A stretch of 63,949 bases of DNA, the filler included, from Craspedostauros australis (lineage: Eukaryota): NCBI GenBank assembly GCA_030167865.1. It is 9 parts of 9 records of this genome, joined end to end, with 100 filler letters (N's around TTAATTAATTAA, not from the genome) between each part and the next. Parts side by side here need not be neighbours in the genome. Positions count along the whole stretch, not along the records: positions 28,270 to 48,265 come from JALAGF010003196.1; positions 48,366 to 52,811 come from JALAGF010003197.1; positions 52,912 to 58,943 come from JALAGF010003198.1; 6 more parts are not named here. One strand, written 5' to 3'. A program made the translations under genes and the position numbers. The notes beneath the pieces were generated by a model that was not told where the DNA came from, made no database searches, and saw only the letters and a list, made by a program, of their open reading frames with translations. The first letter of the stretch is position 1. Each line of letters starts with the position of its first letter. Positions 45,648 through 57,779 of this stretch are shown one piece after another.

Positions 45648-48600
45648 GGTGTGGCTGATGCTTTGGCTGATGCTTTGGCTTGTGATGATGGTGTGTGACT
45701 TTCTTCGTGTTGGCGGTGTACGAGGATGATAGAAGCGCTGACAGAGTGAGCGAAACTGGTGAAGTGTGAGGCGCGAGTTGGGGCTTGTTGATGGTCGTTT
45801 GCTTAAAATTGTGAGTGTCTCTTGTGATGGATCATTGTCTCAGCTCCTGTTTGTGAGCAGTCTCCGATGTACCCACCTCTCTCTCTCGTTGCCTCGTTTG
45901 TGTGCACATGAGCAAGCAAGACCACAACCACAATGTACCATGCCACGCTTACAAGTTGCTCCAGCGGCTACCTGATCCTGCGTGGGAGAACACGGTACCT
46001 TGTACTGATCCTCGCGTCGTGCGCTCTGACCGTACCATCGCGGAATTGCTCTCTTCCGTGAGAATTGCTTCGACATCGCTTTTTGGACCCTTTCCGTCCC
46101 TCCCCCCTTTTGGCCTCTTGACACGAGTGTTCTTTGCTCGGCGCACGGCACCACAACTGCACCGTTGGGCATCACGGCACAACGGAGCGAAGCGCTCTGG
46201 TCGTGTTTTCTCTCACGATCTCAGCCGCATCCGACGTGTTATTTTGCAGCGCAAGTGATAGTGTTTTTGTTTTCTTTCCATTTATCCCGCTTTTGTGTCG
46301 CAACCTGCGCAACGCGAACTCCATTGCGCCAACACTCGCGCACCACCCCAAATTATGCGGTTTTCGTCTGCACGATGTGATGGGAGCTTCGTTCATACCG
46401 GTGTCGACGTTCTCGTGTAGCGCTTTGCGTTTCTTGTTCTGGCTGATGTGTTACCTCGTTCGTCTCTTCTTAGTCGATTGCCTCTTGGCTTATTTGCGCC
46501 TGCCGACGAACAGAATCGATTTTCTTCTCACAAACTTGGTTCAGGATACTTATGAGCACCGAGCTGTCGGACTGACAATGCGAGAAAAATAGTGCGTTTA
46601 CTTATTGGTATGATGCACTCAACAATGTCAATTTCATGTCAATACTATCACGCTCGATAGAGAACCGGTTCCTCCGCATTCCCACATTCTCCATGACGAT
46701 TTGGACCGTTCTGGTCTTCTTTTTGGGGGGCTTCCTGTCCGTTTCCCCCCAAATGAAAGTCCTCAAACTCTTCGACAAAGCAACCGGCAACGACAGGCTA
46801 TTGCTACACCGACTTGTTGGATCCTTTTGCGATCAAACAGTCCACCCATGGACATAACCCAAGAACACACGTCATCAACACAGAATGGTGATAATACGAA
46901 CCTTCCGATGCATCGACCGCTAGCGACACGCAAAAGACGCTCAATGGAGAACTTTGACGGACAACGTTCGCGTTTCTGTCAGTTCCGCAAGCGGTCAAAT
47001 TTAGGCGATAGAAGGAGTCGGAATCAGAAGAGTCGTATTCGTCGGACTACTGTTCGAGTCGATTCGAAAGAACAATGGACAAGTACGATTACGACGATGA
47101 AACAGCAGCATTCTACGCCAAAGTATCTAGAGGTGGAACAGCAGAGAGATTGTCAGAAGCGCGATGCTCCCCTACGAGTTGCACGACAGATGTCCTAATC
47201 CACTTGTTTTTTTCAGTTTAGTGCAACCGATGATACTTTTGTGGCTTGCTCTGGTCTTGTTCCCGTTCCAGTGTCTGCACTACTTGTATGTATGGACGGT
47301 GAAACGGAGGGCCTCCAAATGCACATACTCTATTGTAATGCAGACTGGGCAAGTCGTCGCGAGATACGACTATGAGTTGCGACTGTGAGTTGCGAGTTGC
47401 AGGTCAACATCCCCCGCCATCTCTGGCAAGCTGTCGCCACTCAAACACAGAGTTCGGTCAAACATCTCTCCCGTGAATTGGTATTGGTACCACATGTACA
47501 CACTCGTTTCGCTGTTTTGCTTTTCGCGGTTGCATTTGCGCTTTCGGTCGTTTGGACGCTTTCTTGCGACGGGAGCGAGTCAAGTGGAGCAGAGCAGAGC
47601 GAGAGTATGAGGAATCGCGAAGCAACCGCACAACTCGCCCGCATCAGACGTGTATTTCCGGGCCAATCGCTTTCATTGATTCCATATCTCCCGCCCTGGG
47701 TGACTCTGTAGCAGGGCACTTCTGCGAGTAGAGTAGAGCAGAGTTGAGGAGAGTGGAGTGAAGTGGAGTACCTTGTTATGACACCCAATCTTCCTCGTAC
47801 CATCACTCTATGAGCCCGATCAGTGAGTCGACCTGCACTTTGTCATGGGACTCAATAACATTTGTCTCCGATATCCAAACAAAGCACATATTCGTAATNN
47901 NNNNNNNNNNNNNNNNNNNNNNNNNNNNNNNNNNNNNNNNNNNNNNNNNNNNNNNNNNNNNNNNNNNNNNNNNNNNNNNNNNNNNNNNNNNNNNNNNNNN
48001 NNNNNNNNNNNNNNNNNNNNNNNNNNNNNNNNNNNNNNNNNNNNNNNNNNNNNNNNNNNNNNNNNNNNNNNGTTCCGATTTTGAATTGTTTAGTCTCTTT
48101 TTCAGGTGTTCGGATGAGACCATCCAACAGTCCATCCACGATAGCACTAGTTGTAGAATGTTGGGGGAAGCGGTGAATCCACGTTTACGTTACTTACACC
48201 ATGTGCTTGTCCAATCCGTCATCGACGTCACGAAATTGGATACTTCGTCACGAAACACCAATGATNNNNNNNNNNNNNNNNNNNNNNNNNNNNNNNNNNN
48301 NNNNNNNNNTTAATTAATTAANNNNNNNNNNNNNNNNNNNNNNNNNNNNNNNNNNNNNNNNNNNNCTCAGAATCCACAGTAGATGATGTTGGTTTGTTGT
48401 AACTACGATGTTGGTCTTATTTGAAGTCGACTTATGTCTTCTGTTGTTGATGTTGATGCTGTTTCTGTTGTTGCTGTTGTTGCTGTTCTTGCTGCTGTTG
48501 CTGTCAGCACACAACCGGTTGTTTTGTTGCTTGGTTCCTTGTTGAGCCTATCTTTTCGTTTGACTCGTTTGACTCTAGTGATGTTCCCATCCCGTCGTGA

Positions 48601-49075
48601 CGTCACACTTTCGTCTGGTTTCGCTCCAATATGGTCGTGCAATGTACTGCTTAATTGCTTGTCATGCTTCTCGTCTGTCATAAGAACGACTTTGCGGCGG
48701 CTGGATTCTTGTGGGCCTCCTGGCATAGGCCGTTGAGTGGATTGTTGCCGGTGGTCGATCATACAGCTGAAGAGCAAATGGTAGTGCAGAAAGTCAGTAG
48801 TAGAGTATATCACAAGATATGTGCACTATTGAGTTGGTGTGTAGCATGCGTTGCATGTGTAATACCATGTCAGTTCATGCTGTTATTGGAGCTGGATGCG
48901 ATGTCGTACGTTGACTAGAGTTCGGCGTGTAGGTTTTGGTCCCCATGTAGCGAATGCTACTGTGGGTATGACCGCAGCCTTCCGGCATCGAACCAGTTCA
49001 CCGGTTGCACCGGCTTCTGACGAATCTATCCCAACTCCATGTTATGCACTTCCTGATCCCCAATAGTACCGCCCA

Positions 49076-49900
49076 TTACATGGCAGCGGTGTAGCGTAGA
49101 AACGGTTGGACAAGAAGGTCAAACTGAGCGTAGTGAAACCTCATGTCTGTTTCGTTTCGACGCCCACCTCCTGGTCCTCGTTTTCCCCAACGATTGACCA
49201 ATTTGATGTCAGATTCGCTTACCTTTTGATCCAGAGCTCGAGTGTCGGAGGCTCGTCGAAAAGAGCGAAAGCAATGGTAGTTTTCTCGCAATTTGGAAGA
49301 CTGAGTGATGTCGGGAGAAAAGAGCGCGCGATTGGATTCCCAAATGCTCTCCAAAATGTCGTGGAGTGCGTCACCCAATTCCTTGAGAGTGTACAAAACC
49401 CTGTCCTTTGAAGAGATTGCCGGTGTCAATAAGACGAGTAGTGTGCGAATCAATGTTGTTCGCTAATATTATGAGATATTACATTGGTGAGCTGAGGAGT
49501 TGCGGTCTTAGCTCCTGCTAGTGTCTTGCTCTGCTCTAGGAGGAAAGTGGGCGCGAGGTGCGCACTTTGCGCACGTAGGTCAGTCGGATCACGTGCCGGA
49601 CTGGAATCAATAGCCGGTCCGAGACATTGCTGTGCCTTGGTTTTGATATGGAGAAGCTCTGCAACGATGTGTTGCACCTTGATGCCAGACTTAGTGTTGG
49701 TAGACACCGGGATGATGCGTTGATATGACTGATGTTCCCCTTTGAATTTGCCCTGTAACACGATAGTGAAATGGTCTTTCGGTTTGGGACGTGACCATTC
49801 CTTGAGCGTGGCTCCCAAGTCAAGCATTGAGCTTCCGTCCCTTGCAGAGAGAACGTATGACAGCATTGTGTATGCCATAAACGCGGCCCACCGATGTTGT
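49076..49900 (-). mobile_element. Tyrosine recombinase pseudogene of a DIRS/Crypton-type element, 5' truncated and interrupted
   Basis: AYTMLSYVLS(L[R>Q]GTE)..MLDL, LQGKFKGE, GPAISS, YHCFRSFRRASDTRA, DIKLVNRW and MRFHY give the R...xxxR...W...Y order of YR catalytic boxes. Confidence 0.8.
49424..49612. mobile_element. 189-bp solo-LTR-like insertion with 5-bp target-site duplication GCCGG
   Basis: GCCGG at 49419-49423 and 49613-49617. The insert starts TGTCAATA and ends ATCAATA. Deleting it plus one TSD (194 bp) rejoins the YR frame at GPAISSKD. Confidence 0.75.
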
Positions 49901-49902
49901 GC

Positions 49903-50203
49903 CGAGATGTACATGTGAGTATATGTCGAGATGTACATGTATATGTGCATCGTTCACCTGTTATTCTCTCATACGCACTTGAACGGTAAAACTACATTCG
50001 TGTCGATAGTATGCTGTGATTCGTCAGAATTACAGTGGAAATGGAACACGAAAATGAGCAGAATTTCTGGAGGAAATTTGCAATCGACGATTTCTGAGAG
50101 AATTAGAAATATCGTCCGTCCATCCATCAATGGAAACGTATGGTACCAAGCGAATCTCGAGGTACTTCCCAACTAAACCTCAGATGACGATATCATCTGA
50201 CAG
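49903..50203 (+). repeat. Dispersed repeat, copy 1 (decayed fragment of an intron-containing TE-like gene)
   Basis: Aligns by eye with the reverse complement of 52912-53203, with scattered substitutions and small indels. Confidence 0.85.
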
Positions 50204-51890
50204 ACCACTGCATCACCAATGGAACATGACATCTGGAGAGCAGAAGGACGCCTACTGACGTTGACAGGATGTCATCGTGTCACCACGTCGACAGCTGTCT
50301 CCAGGTCAGAGCAGGAGATGAAGATCCGAATGACTGAAGGACATCAAGATCATGGATACGAGAGGTGAAGTTCAAATGGTAAGTACTCATGGAGTAGGAA
50401 CCAGTAGTGAACAAACAGAGTATTGAATGCGGAGTAAGCATTGAACACGAAGTATTGTGTAGCACGAATACATGATATTGAGAGAGAGAGAATACAAAGA
50501 GTGGCGAGAGAGTATCTCGCACACCGACTCATAGTTGGAGACTGAACCTACAAGACAGGACAAATGCGCCAAGAGCATCGGGCAAGAGAGAGGACACCGA
50601 GAGGATTGGAGTCTCAATGTAATGAAATAGCAAACAGAACGACTATCAACAACACCGTCTTCCACAATCGTAGGCTTCCAATCACGGAACTTGCCAACAG
50701 TTGTAGAACTCCATGGCATCACCACGTTTGAGAATGTTATACCAGACAATACTGGTGTCGCGAGAGAAAACCCTGAGCTCTTGGAGCGGCCTCTGCGCAA
50801 AGCAGTAGGCAAGCCGACGTGGAGGTAGTCTGCAACAGTGAACGTGAGAAGACGCTGCTGTGCCATGAGGTGCTCAGCGACAATGATGAGGACGGTAGTG
50901 GTGGCCACCTTGCAGCGACGTTGGAGGAAAGGGGAGCAAACCATCATGATAAAGCAGATGTCAATACTATAAAAGGAAACACTAATCATACTCCAAGCTC
51001 TTGGAACAAGCTACGTGACAGAAGGGCACAACGTGCATGGCAGGGTGGACAAATGAAACATGTCGATGGTAGAAACAAGGGAGGAGTCAAGGGTAGCGTG
51101 ACGATACATGGACGACAGAGGTTGATGAAAACTGATGCCAACACATGCGAGGGAGGAAATCACAAAACTCCCAAATTGCCGTTGGAGGAGCGATTTGAGA
51201 GGAAGACACGAGATGAGATCTCGACGAAAAGTGAGAGTTGAGTTATGAACGCTCTTTTTGGGGCGTTCATAACTCAACTCCAGGATTTCATAATTTTTTC
51301 GATTGACGTTATACGCCCGTTTCGGTCCTGGTCACCCCCTGTTCGGAAGGTATCTTGTGTTCATATTGGAGTGATCTGATTGGCTTAGAAGCCGATATTA
51401 TGAAATTATGAGTCACACAACCACCTCCACTTTTTGGCCCGCCAGCTTTCACGATCCTGCACAGAAACTCCCTCATCATTCTTCGCGTACCTACTGAGAG
51501 CACAACCACACTTTGCACAAGACCGTTAAGTGTCGATCTTCACACGTACATACGCTTGGAGTAGCCAGAGTGAAGTGATCTGGCATTGTCTTCGGTTTTA
51601 GTTTCCGCGATCGGTATGTCCCGTGACTGGTTTCCCGCTGTACTTGGTACGTTAGGGGGGAGTGTTCGTACAAGATGCGATGGGTATTGTTCTGGATGCC
51701 TTTCGGTATTTTGGCCTGGACGCAAATTCGAACCGGAGTGGGCACCGTGATGAGGCTCCCTGCATTTCAGTGTATGGTGCTGCTCGGCGCAAATCCCGTG
51801 CCGATCTCATAAAATCGGGAGCTCCGGCCTCAATCACAGCAACACATAGATCGAGATAAACAAACAACAAGCAAGCAAACCACAAAAAAC

Positions 51891-52811
51891 ATGCGCAACG
51901 TACTGATCGGCAACCGTGCCGCCTGCGCGGTCGTGCTGGCTCTGACCATGAATCTTCTTACCATCATTCGGTCGCCAGTCCGATGTGTGAACTTGATGAT
52001 TGGCACCAGCATCGAAGCACAGTTGGACGAACTCATGGCCAACGGCATCGCGTTCGATAACATTGTTGCCAATCGCGACAGCACCACTGGCAGTGCCATC
52101 AATCACACCATCACAAGTGGACCACGCACTGCTTTGGAAGATGCAGTGCCTCCGTCAGCAACACCAGTGGCAGCAACTGCATCAGCTGTGCCCACTCCAG
52201 CAGAGCCAACAACGACCGCAACGAAAGCAATAGAGACAGCATCCGCCACCACCACAAGTGCGAACAAGATCCAACCGCCACCTTCACTTGATCTCCCAGT
52301 AAGCAAGACATCCTCTGCTTGCCTCATGTGGATGGACGACTCACAACGACTTGTCGAATGGATTGCATACCACTACTTCACATTCTCTTTGCGCACTCTC
52401 GTCATCCTTCGTGATCCTAAAAGTACACAAGACCTTCAACCGCTGATTGCACGATGGGAGGGCCTGATGAATATTACGGTGTGGCACCATATTGATGATT
52501 TTGGCAGAGACGCGAAAAACAAAGCAGCTATATTGAGGTGGAAGGACAAGTTGCCTGGGATTGCTAAGCCAGAAGAAGCAGCCAACATGGCATACAAGAT
52601 ACACAAGGCGAATCAAAGAGAGTTCTACCGTGGGTGCTCCATGCATCTCCAGGAACGCAACCGCACATGGTCATTCTTCATTGACACAGACGAGATCATC
52701 GTCTTGAACAGCAACACAGTTCCCAATGCATCCGAAAGGATGGCTGAGCCAGGGAGCCTCTTCAACGCTCTCCAACAGGTCCAGCATCACAACATCACGA
52801 ATGGAGCAAGC
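51891..52811 (+). CDS. Type II membrane glycosyltransferase-like protein (GT92/GT-A fold), 3' truncated
   Basis: N-terminal anchor AACAVVLALTMNLLTII, P/T-rich stem, SACLMWMDDSQRLVEWIAYHY, RDPKS, QREFYRGC and WSFFIDTDE (DxD-type motif). Confidence 0.8.
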
Positions 52812-52911
52812 NNNNNNNNNNNNNNNNNNNNNNNNNNNNNNNNNNNNNNNNNNNNTTAATTAATTAANNNNNNNNNNNNNNNNNNNNNNNNNNNNNNNNN
52901 NNNNNNNNNNN

Positions 52912-53559
52912 CTGTCAGATGATATCGTCATCTGAGGTTTAGTTGGAAAGTACCTCGAGATTCTCTTGGTACCATTGATGCATGGACGGACGATCTTCTG
53001 ATTCTTCCAGAAATCGTTATTTGCAAATTTCCTCCAGAAATCTTGCCCCTTTTTGTGTGTTCCGTTTCCTCTGTAATTCTGACGAATCACAGCATACTAT
53101 CGACACGAGTATAGTTATACCGTCCAAGTGCGTATGAGAGAATAACGGGTGAACGATGCACATATACACGTACATCTTGACATATACTCACATGTACATC
53201 TCGACACGTTCGTAGGTGGTTGGGTAATTGTTGTATTGGTTGTGTTCATTGCGTTCTTGTTGGAGTGTGCGATTCTGTTCGTCATTGGTAAGAGTCTCAA
53301 CGTCGTGCTCGTTGTCGAAGGTCGCGCCTTTGAGCACAGGAGGCAAGACCTTGTCTGTTGTAGGTGGAAGAATGTGCTGCTTACCATCCATATCCGAGGG
53401 AGGCAACAGCTTCTCAGCAGTAGATGGTGTGAACAGTTCCTTGCCATCGAACAGATCGGATGGGAAGGAGCACACAAATGGAGAGGAGGTCAAACGATGC
53501 TTCTTGGAGGGAGATGGATTGGCATCCTTGGAAGCAGCTTTCGTGGGAGAGACGGGCAT
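52912..53559 (-). mobile_element. Dispersed repeat, copy 2: 5' part of an intron-containing gene (MPVSPTKAASK...VEMY / intron / YAVIRQNYRG..FWRKF..PCING), probably transposon-encoded; truncated
   Basis: ORF 53559-53188 ends at a GTGAG donor and resumes after a TAG acceptor near 53098. A second, decayed copy lies at 49903-50203. Confidence 0.45.
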
Positions 53560-54338
53560 GATGCTGATTGATACTGATGGGCAGATGGAGAAGACTACTA
53601 GTGATGAAAGTGAACTGAGCAGGAGGAGGGCAAGAAGGTAATGATACGAGCACTACATGAACATGTCACAAGCACAGCACACCACCATGGAAAAGCAAAG
53701 ATTGATTCTGTGCCGAAATGTGAGGAGATTCGCCACGTGCGACCAGAGTCAATAATTTGAATTCGAATGTTAACGTGTAATAACGGTTACTCGCTGAGAC
53801 AATATGTTCGAACAGGTCAAACGATGATGAGGCTGAAACGCCAAATTCCGTGCGCGTCCCGAAACGAAGGGTTCCATACAACTGAAACTAAGACATTAAA
53901 GCAAAATCGGCGTGCATCACGCAGCTTATATTTTAGTTTATGAATATGTGAGTGTTTTGGTCGAAAGCCCCGTATGTTGCCGGCACCCCAGGACGGACTG
54001 CAGGTCCCGTCACTCAAGTGGTCGTATTTAGTTTTACGAGTGTATGAGGATGAGTGATATGAATTGTTTTACAGTGCACCACACGTTGGGGCTGTCAGGC
54101 ACTGGTCAAATTGAGCGCTACATCGCTTTCTTGTCCCAGCAACGCTCTCGCCCAAGTCCGTGGATACTGTATGCCGATGGACGGCGAGATCCTTTCGATA
54201 CTTTGGTTGTGCTGAAGACCCAATGAAGAGGGTGATTTTGTTGTTATCCGTAAGGTGGCTGGCCCAAACCCTTCAAGACCTGGATTTGGTGTGGAACCGG
54301 AGGAGGGATGTGTTCGTGCTCCTGTTCCCACAGGCCAC

Positions 54339-56864
54339 TTAGGTGCAGGTGGCTGGGCAAGAGCTGCCGGAGGCAATGGTCAAGACAGCGGTGAGAGGCT
54401 CGCAGGAGTTGCCTGCAAAAATACCGCTTTTGCATCGGTTGCATTTGGCGAATGAAATGATGGGGGTATCGTTGCACACGCCGTCGGAGAGGGTGATGTC
54501 CGCGTTAAAGTCGTAGTCGTAGCCCAGGTAGAAACAGGATGCCCCCGGCACGCAAGTACCATCACCAATCATTGTGTCTCCCTCGAACTGATTGTAGTTG
54601 TTACCGCAGGAGTAGTAGAGAGCGTTGATGTATGCGCACGAAGAGGTACCGACACAGGACCCGGCTCCCACAATAGTGGTGGACACACGCTTGTTGTCGG
54701 TGGTGCCGTTGCCCTTAGTGGGTGTTATGGTCTTGTAGTCTTCTGGCCCAGCACCCATGGCAACGCAGGCTCTTGCTGCAGCGCATGATTCTGCGCCAAT
54801 AATGGCGTCGCCGTTGGACTGTTGCGCGAAGGACCAGCATGCCTGGTTTCCAGTGCACGATCCTGGTCCAATGATGGAGGCCTTGTCACTTCCAGAGTTG
54901 AAGTTGAAGAAGGAGCATGCGTCTTTATCGGGAGAAGTGCCAGAGAGGCAGGATGCCTGGAAGATCATGGACTGAGTCTCGATGCTTTTGCAGGCCTTGT
55001 CCCCAATGCAACTGTTGGATGCGATAGACGCGATCCCGGTCCAGGAGCAGGCCTCGGTTCCGACGCAGCATGTGCGTTCTGCCATACCACACCAAGCCAT
55101 AGCATCATCAGCGGTTCCAGTGAACATCTCACCAGTGGCAGCGGCGGCCGCGCTGAAGATCTTGAGGACGCCGGTCTTTTCGCTGATGGTATTGAAGAGA
55201 GCGACGCCGTCAGCAATGGTTGCCTGGTTTTCAAAGATCCCAAGAAGATCTGCTTTGTTTTGGATAGTGGAGAGAAGGGACATTCCCGCGGATGTGCTTG
55301 GTGTTCCGAGGGCATCCAGGAATGGCTGGGGAGTTGGAGCCGATGTTGGAGCTGATGTTGGAGCCGAAGTAGGTGCCGAAGTCGGCGAAGCAGTTGGAGC
55401 AGTGGGGGATGATGTGGGAGGTGATGTGGCAGGTGTTGGGAAAGGGGTGGGGGAAAAGGTTGGACAGTCTGTGGGCAAGGTGTCCTTGCCAATGCAGTAC
55501 TCATCCACTCTGTCACCAGTGGGATTCATGTTGCTGTCACTGCCTCCCTTTGGACAGGCCCCATCAACATCGCTGATGATGTAGACTTCGTCGGAGTCGC
55601 ACTCCGTCTTCGTCATGCATCCCTTGCAGCCTTCGACACTGCCGCATCCACCAGGAGGGACGACGAGGTCGGTTGTCATCTTGTCATTGAAGCTCATCTT
55701 CTCGCATGACCCATCAGCGGCACAGCCACCAGCGCCAATGGTCAGGCTGCCTGCACGCTTGCCAGCAGTACCATAGTTGACAGTGGAATGGGCGTCCTTG
55801 CAGGCATTGCTGCCGACGCACGCATTCTCACCGATGTCGATGTGGCTGCGGATTCGGGTGGTCTTCTGCACGACGCGGCGTCCAGCTGCCTTGCATGCGT
55901 CTGTCCCAACGCATGCACCAGTCTGGATGGTGACATCACCATGAGAACGACGTCCCACTCCCTCACAAGATTGAGGNNNNNNNNNNNNNNNNNNNNNNAC
56001 GAAGGTGACTCCTGTGATGGACGGGTTGATTTCATTTTCGTTCATCAACTCGCATGCACTCGCGCCAGTGCAGGAGGAATCGAGAATGAGGGAGTTGGGA
56101 CCCATGTCCTTGCAGGCGCTGTCGCCGGTGCATGCAGTGATGGCGACGGTCATGAATGGAGGGGAGTTGGAGGCAGAACCGGTGACTGAGGTGCATCCCG
56201 AGGATCCTTGGCAGCATGGGGTGGCAACGGCAGGCGATTGCATCGCAGCCATGGCCGCGCACGCTGCGTTCATTTCATCTGGTCGTTGGGTGACGAGGAC
56301 TGGCTTGGTGGTAGCGACCAGGGCCAATTGGCCAGAAAGGATATCGCTGGATGCGTACTTGCTGAAGAGCTTGCGTGCAGCTCCTTCGCCGAGGTCTCCT
56401 GCGCATCCGAAGAAGTTCTGCAGCTGCTCGGATTCCTTGACGGCAGTGATGGCCTCGCGGCAGGATGGCTTGGCAGAGTTACAGATGATGGTTTTGGCGC
56501 TTCTCTCTTCCATTGTGAGATCGGTCGCGCCATCCGGCTTGCAGGCAACGGAGATGGTGGAATCGAAGACGGTTGGGGCAGCTGATGGTTTGGCAGTTGG
56601 TAGGAGAGTGGGCTGGGAGGTCGGCGACGCGGTTGGCGGGGTCGTTTCTGGATCAGTTGGGTTTTCAGTGGGTGGCACTTGGTTGTTCTTGTTGCTCTTG
56701 TTCGTGTCACCGCCGGCGCCCTTGAGGATGCGGGTCTTCATCATCATCATGTGAAGTTCCTCGGTTGGATCCACGGGAATCCTGTTGCCGCGGAGCACGG
56801 CGTCGACCGTTGCCGTGTCGGCGAGAGCGAGAAAGGTCGCGAAGGCTGTCTTGGTGTAGATCAT
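54339..56864 (-). CDS. Secreted mucin-like Cys-rich glycoprotein, complete paralog of 4380-6843
   Basis: Signal peptide + VLRG + TEELH..M..TRILK. PT tract, conserved KT.ICN..K.SCREAI.AV...LQ.FF.CAG...EGA.R.LF domain, two arrays of [AS]CxGxx[AS]C repeats separated by a PTSA tract. A 22-N gap keeps the frame. Confidence 0.9.
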   Translation of the reverse strand: MIYTKTAFATFLALADTATVDAVLRGNRIPVDPTEELHMMMMKTRILKGAGGDTNKSNKNNQVPPTENPTDPETTPPTASPTSQPTLLPTAKPSAAPTVFDSTISVACKPDGATDLTMEERSAKTIICNSAKPSCREAITAVKESEQLQNFFGCAGDLGEGAARKLFSKYASSDILSGQLALVATTKPVLVTQRPDEMNAACAAMAAMQSPAVATPCCQGSSGCTSVTGSASNSPPFMTVAITACTGDSACKDMGPNSLILDSSCTGASACELMNENEINPSITGVTFXXXXXXXXPQSCEGVGRRSHGDVTIQTGACVGTDACKAAGRRVVQKTTRIRSHIDIGENACVGSNACKDAHSTVNYGTAGKRAGSLTIGAGGCAADGSCEKMSFNDKMTTDLVVPPGGCGSVEGCKGCMTKTECDSDEVYIISDVDGACPKGGSDSNMNPTGDRVDEYCIGKDTLPTDCPTFSPTPFPTPATSPPTSSPTAPTASPTSAPTSAPTSAPTSAPTPQPFLDALGTPSTSAGMSLLSTIQNKADLLGIFENQATIADGVALFNTISEKTGVLKIFSAAAAATGEMFTGTADDAMAWCGMAERTCCVGTEACSWTGIASIASNSCIGDKACKSIETQSMIFQASCLSGTSPDKDACSFFNFNSGSDKASIIGPGSCTGNQACWSFAQQSNGDAIIGAESCAAARACVAMGAGPEDYKTITPTKGNGTTDNKRVSTTIVGAGSCVGTSSCAYINALYYSCGNNYNQFEGDTMIGDGTCVPGASCFYLGYDYDFNADITLSDGVCNDTPIISFAKCNRCKSGIFAGNSCEPLTAVLTIASGSSCPATCT

Positions 56865-57779
56865 GGTTGCTCGGTACTTGGTGGTTGGTGATTGATCGTT
56901 CAGGGTTGATAGTTGTTTGTTTGGTGTTATTGGTTGACAACTTGGATGAATTTATGAGATGAAGAGTTTGATTTGTTGTTTGTTTGGACCATTTTGCTCA
57001 CGTCTTCGATGTTGTGCATGAGGCAACACGGTACGAGAATGTTATGATGTCGAGGGGGCCAAAGCTCCTTCACGACCTGGGACCTTCACAACTGACGACA
57101 TCACCGTTGGATGGAAAGACTCCGTGGATCGATGCCGATGCCCAACATTTATGGTGCAGCATGACCCTCCCCAACGTCCATCATCCATTGGGTCTGAACT
57201 ACACACGAGCAAAGCGCATGTGAGGATGGTGGGACAGGCAGACTTGGAACATGCCACCCTTGCTCATCTCCACATGCCATCGTCTGTCGTTCTTCTTGAT
57301 CCGCAATACTCGTCTGTGGTACGAGAGCACTTTGTCGTGGTCTGATTTCCAAAAGGGTGCACACTTTCTGTGTTTTGGCACGCAACACACAACACGCAAC
57401 ATGTAACCACCACAACTCATTCGGTAAAACAACACTCTTGGAGTAGAGCAGCGGAAAGCACATCAACATCTTGATCGCTTCAACGCAATAACGCAAGCGA
57501 TGAATCGGTGTCTGGGTTTGCACCTTCCCAGCGAAAAGGAGAGAGAAAAGCCTCACCAACTACTGGGAGTTGAGGGAAATTGACATCCGGGACATATCTC
57601 CACCCATGATTCGACATCTCAGAATCGGATCGAACAATCTCGAATGTTTTGCAACACAACACAAATCAGCTGTCTCGATTTCACAAAACTTGCTGTTGTT
57701 CAGAACTGCTACTACTACTACTATTACTGTTACGGTTTGTGTTGATGTTGGTGCTAGATGCGATTGTGCACTGTTTGCA

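Noticed and set aside
49903..53203. Inverted repeats capturing the glycosyltransferase gene as a Pack-type transposon
   Set aside because: The two copies lie on different contigs separated by an artificial linker, and they are internal gene fragments rather than termini.
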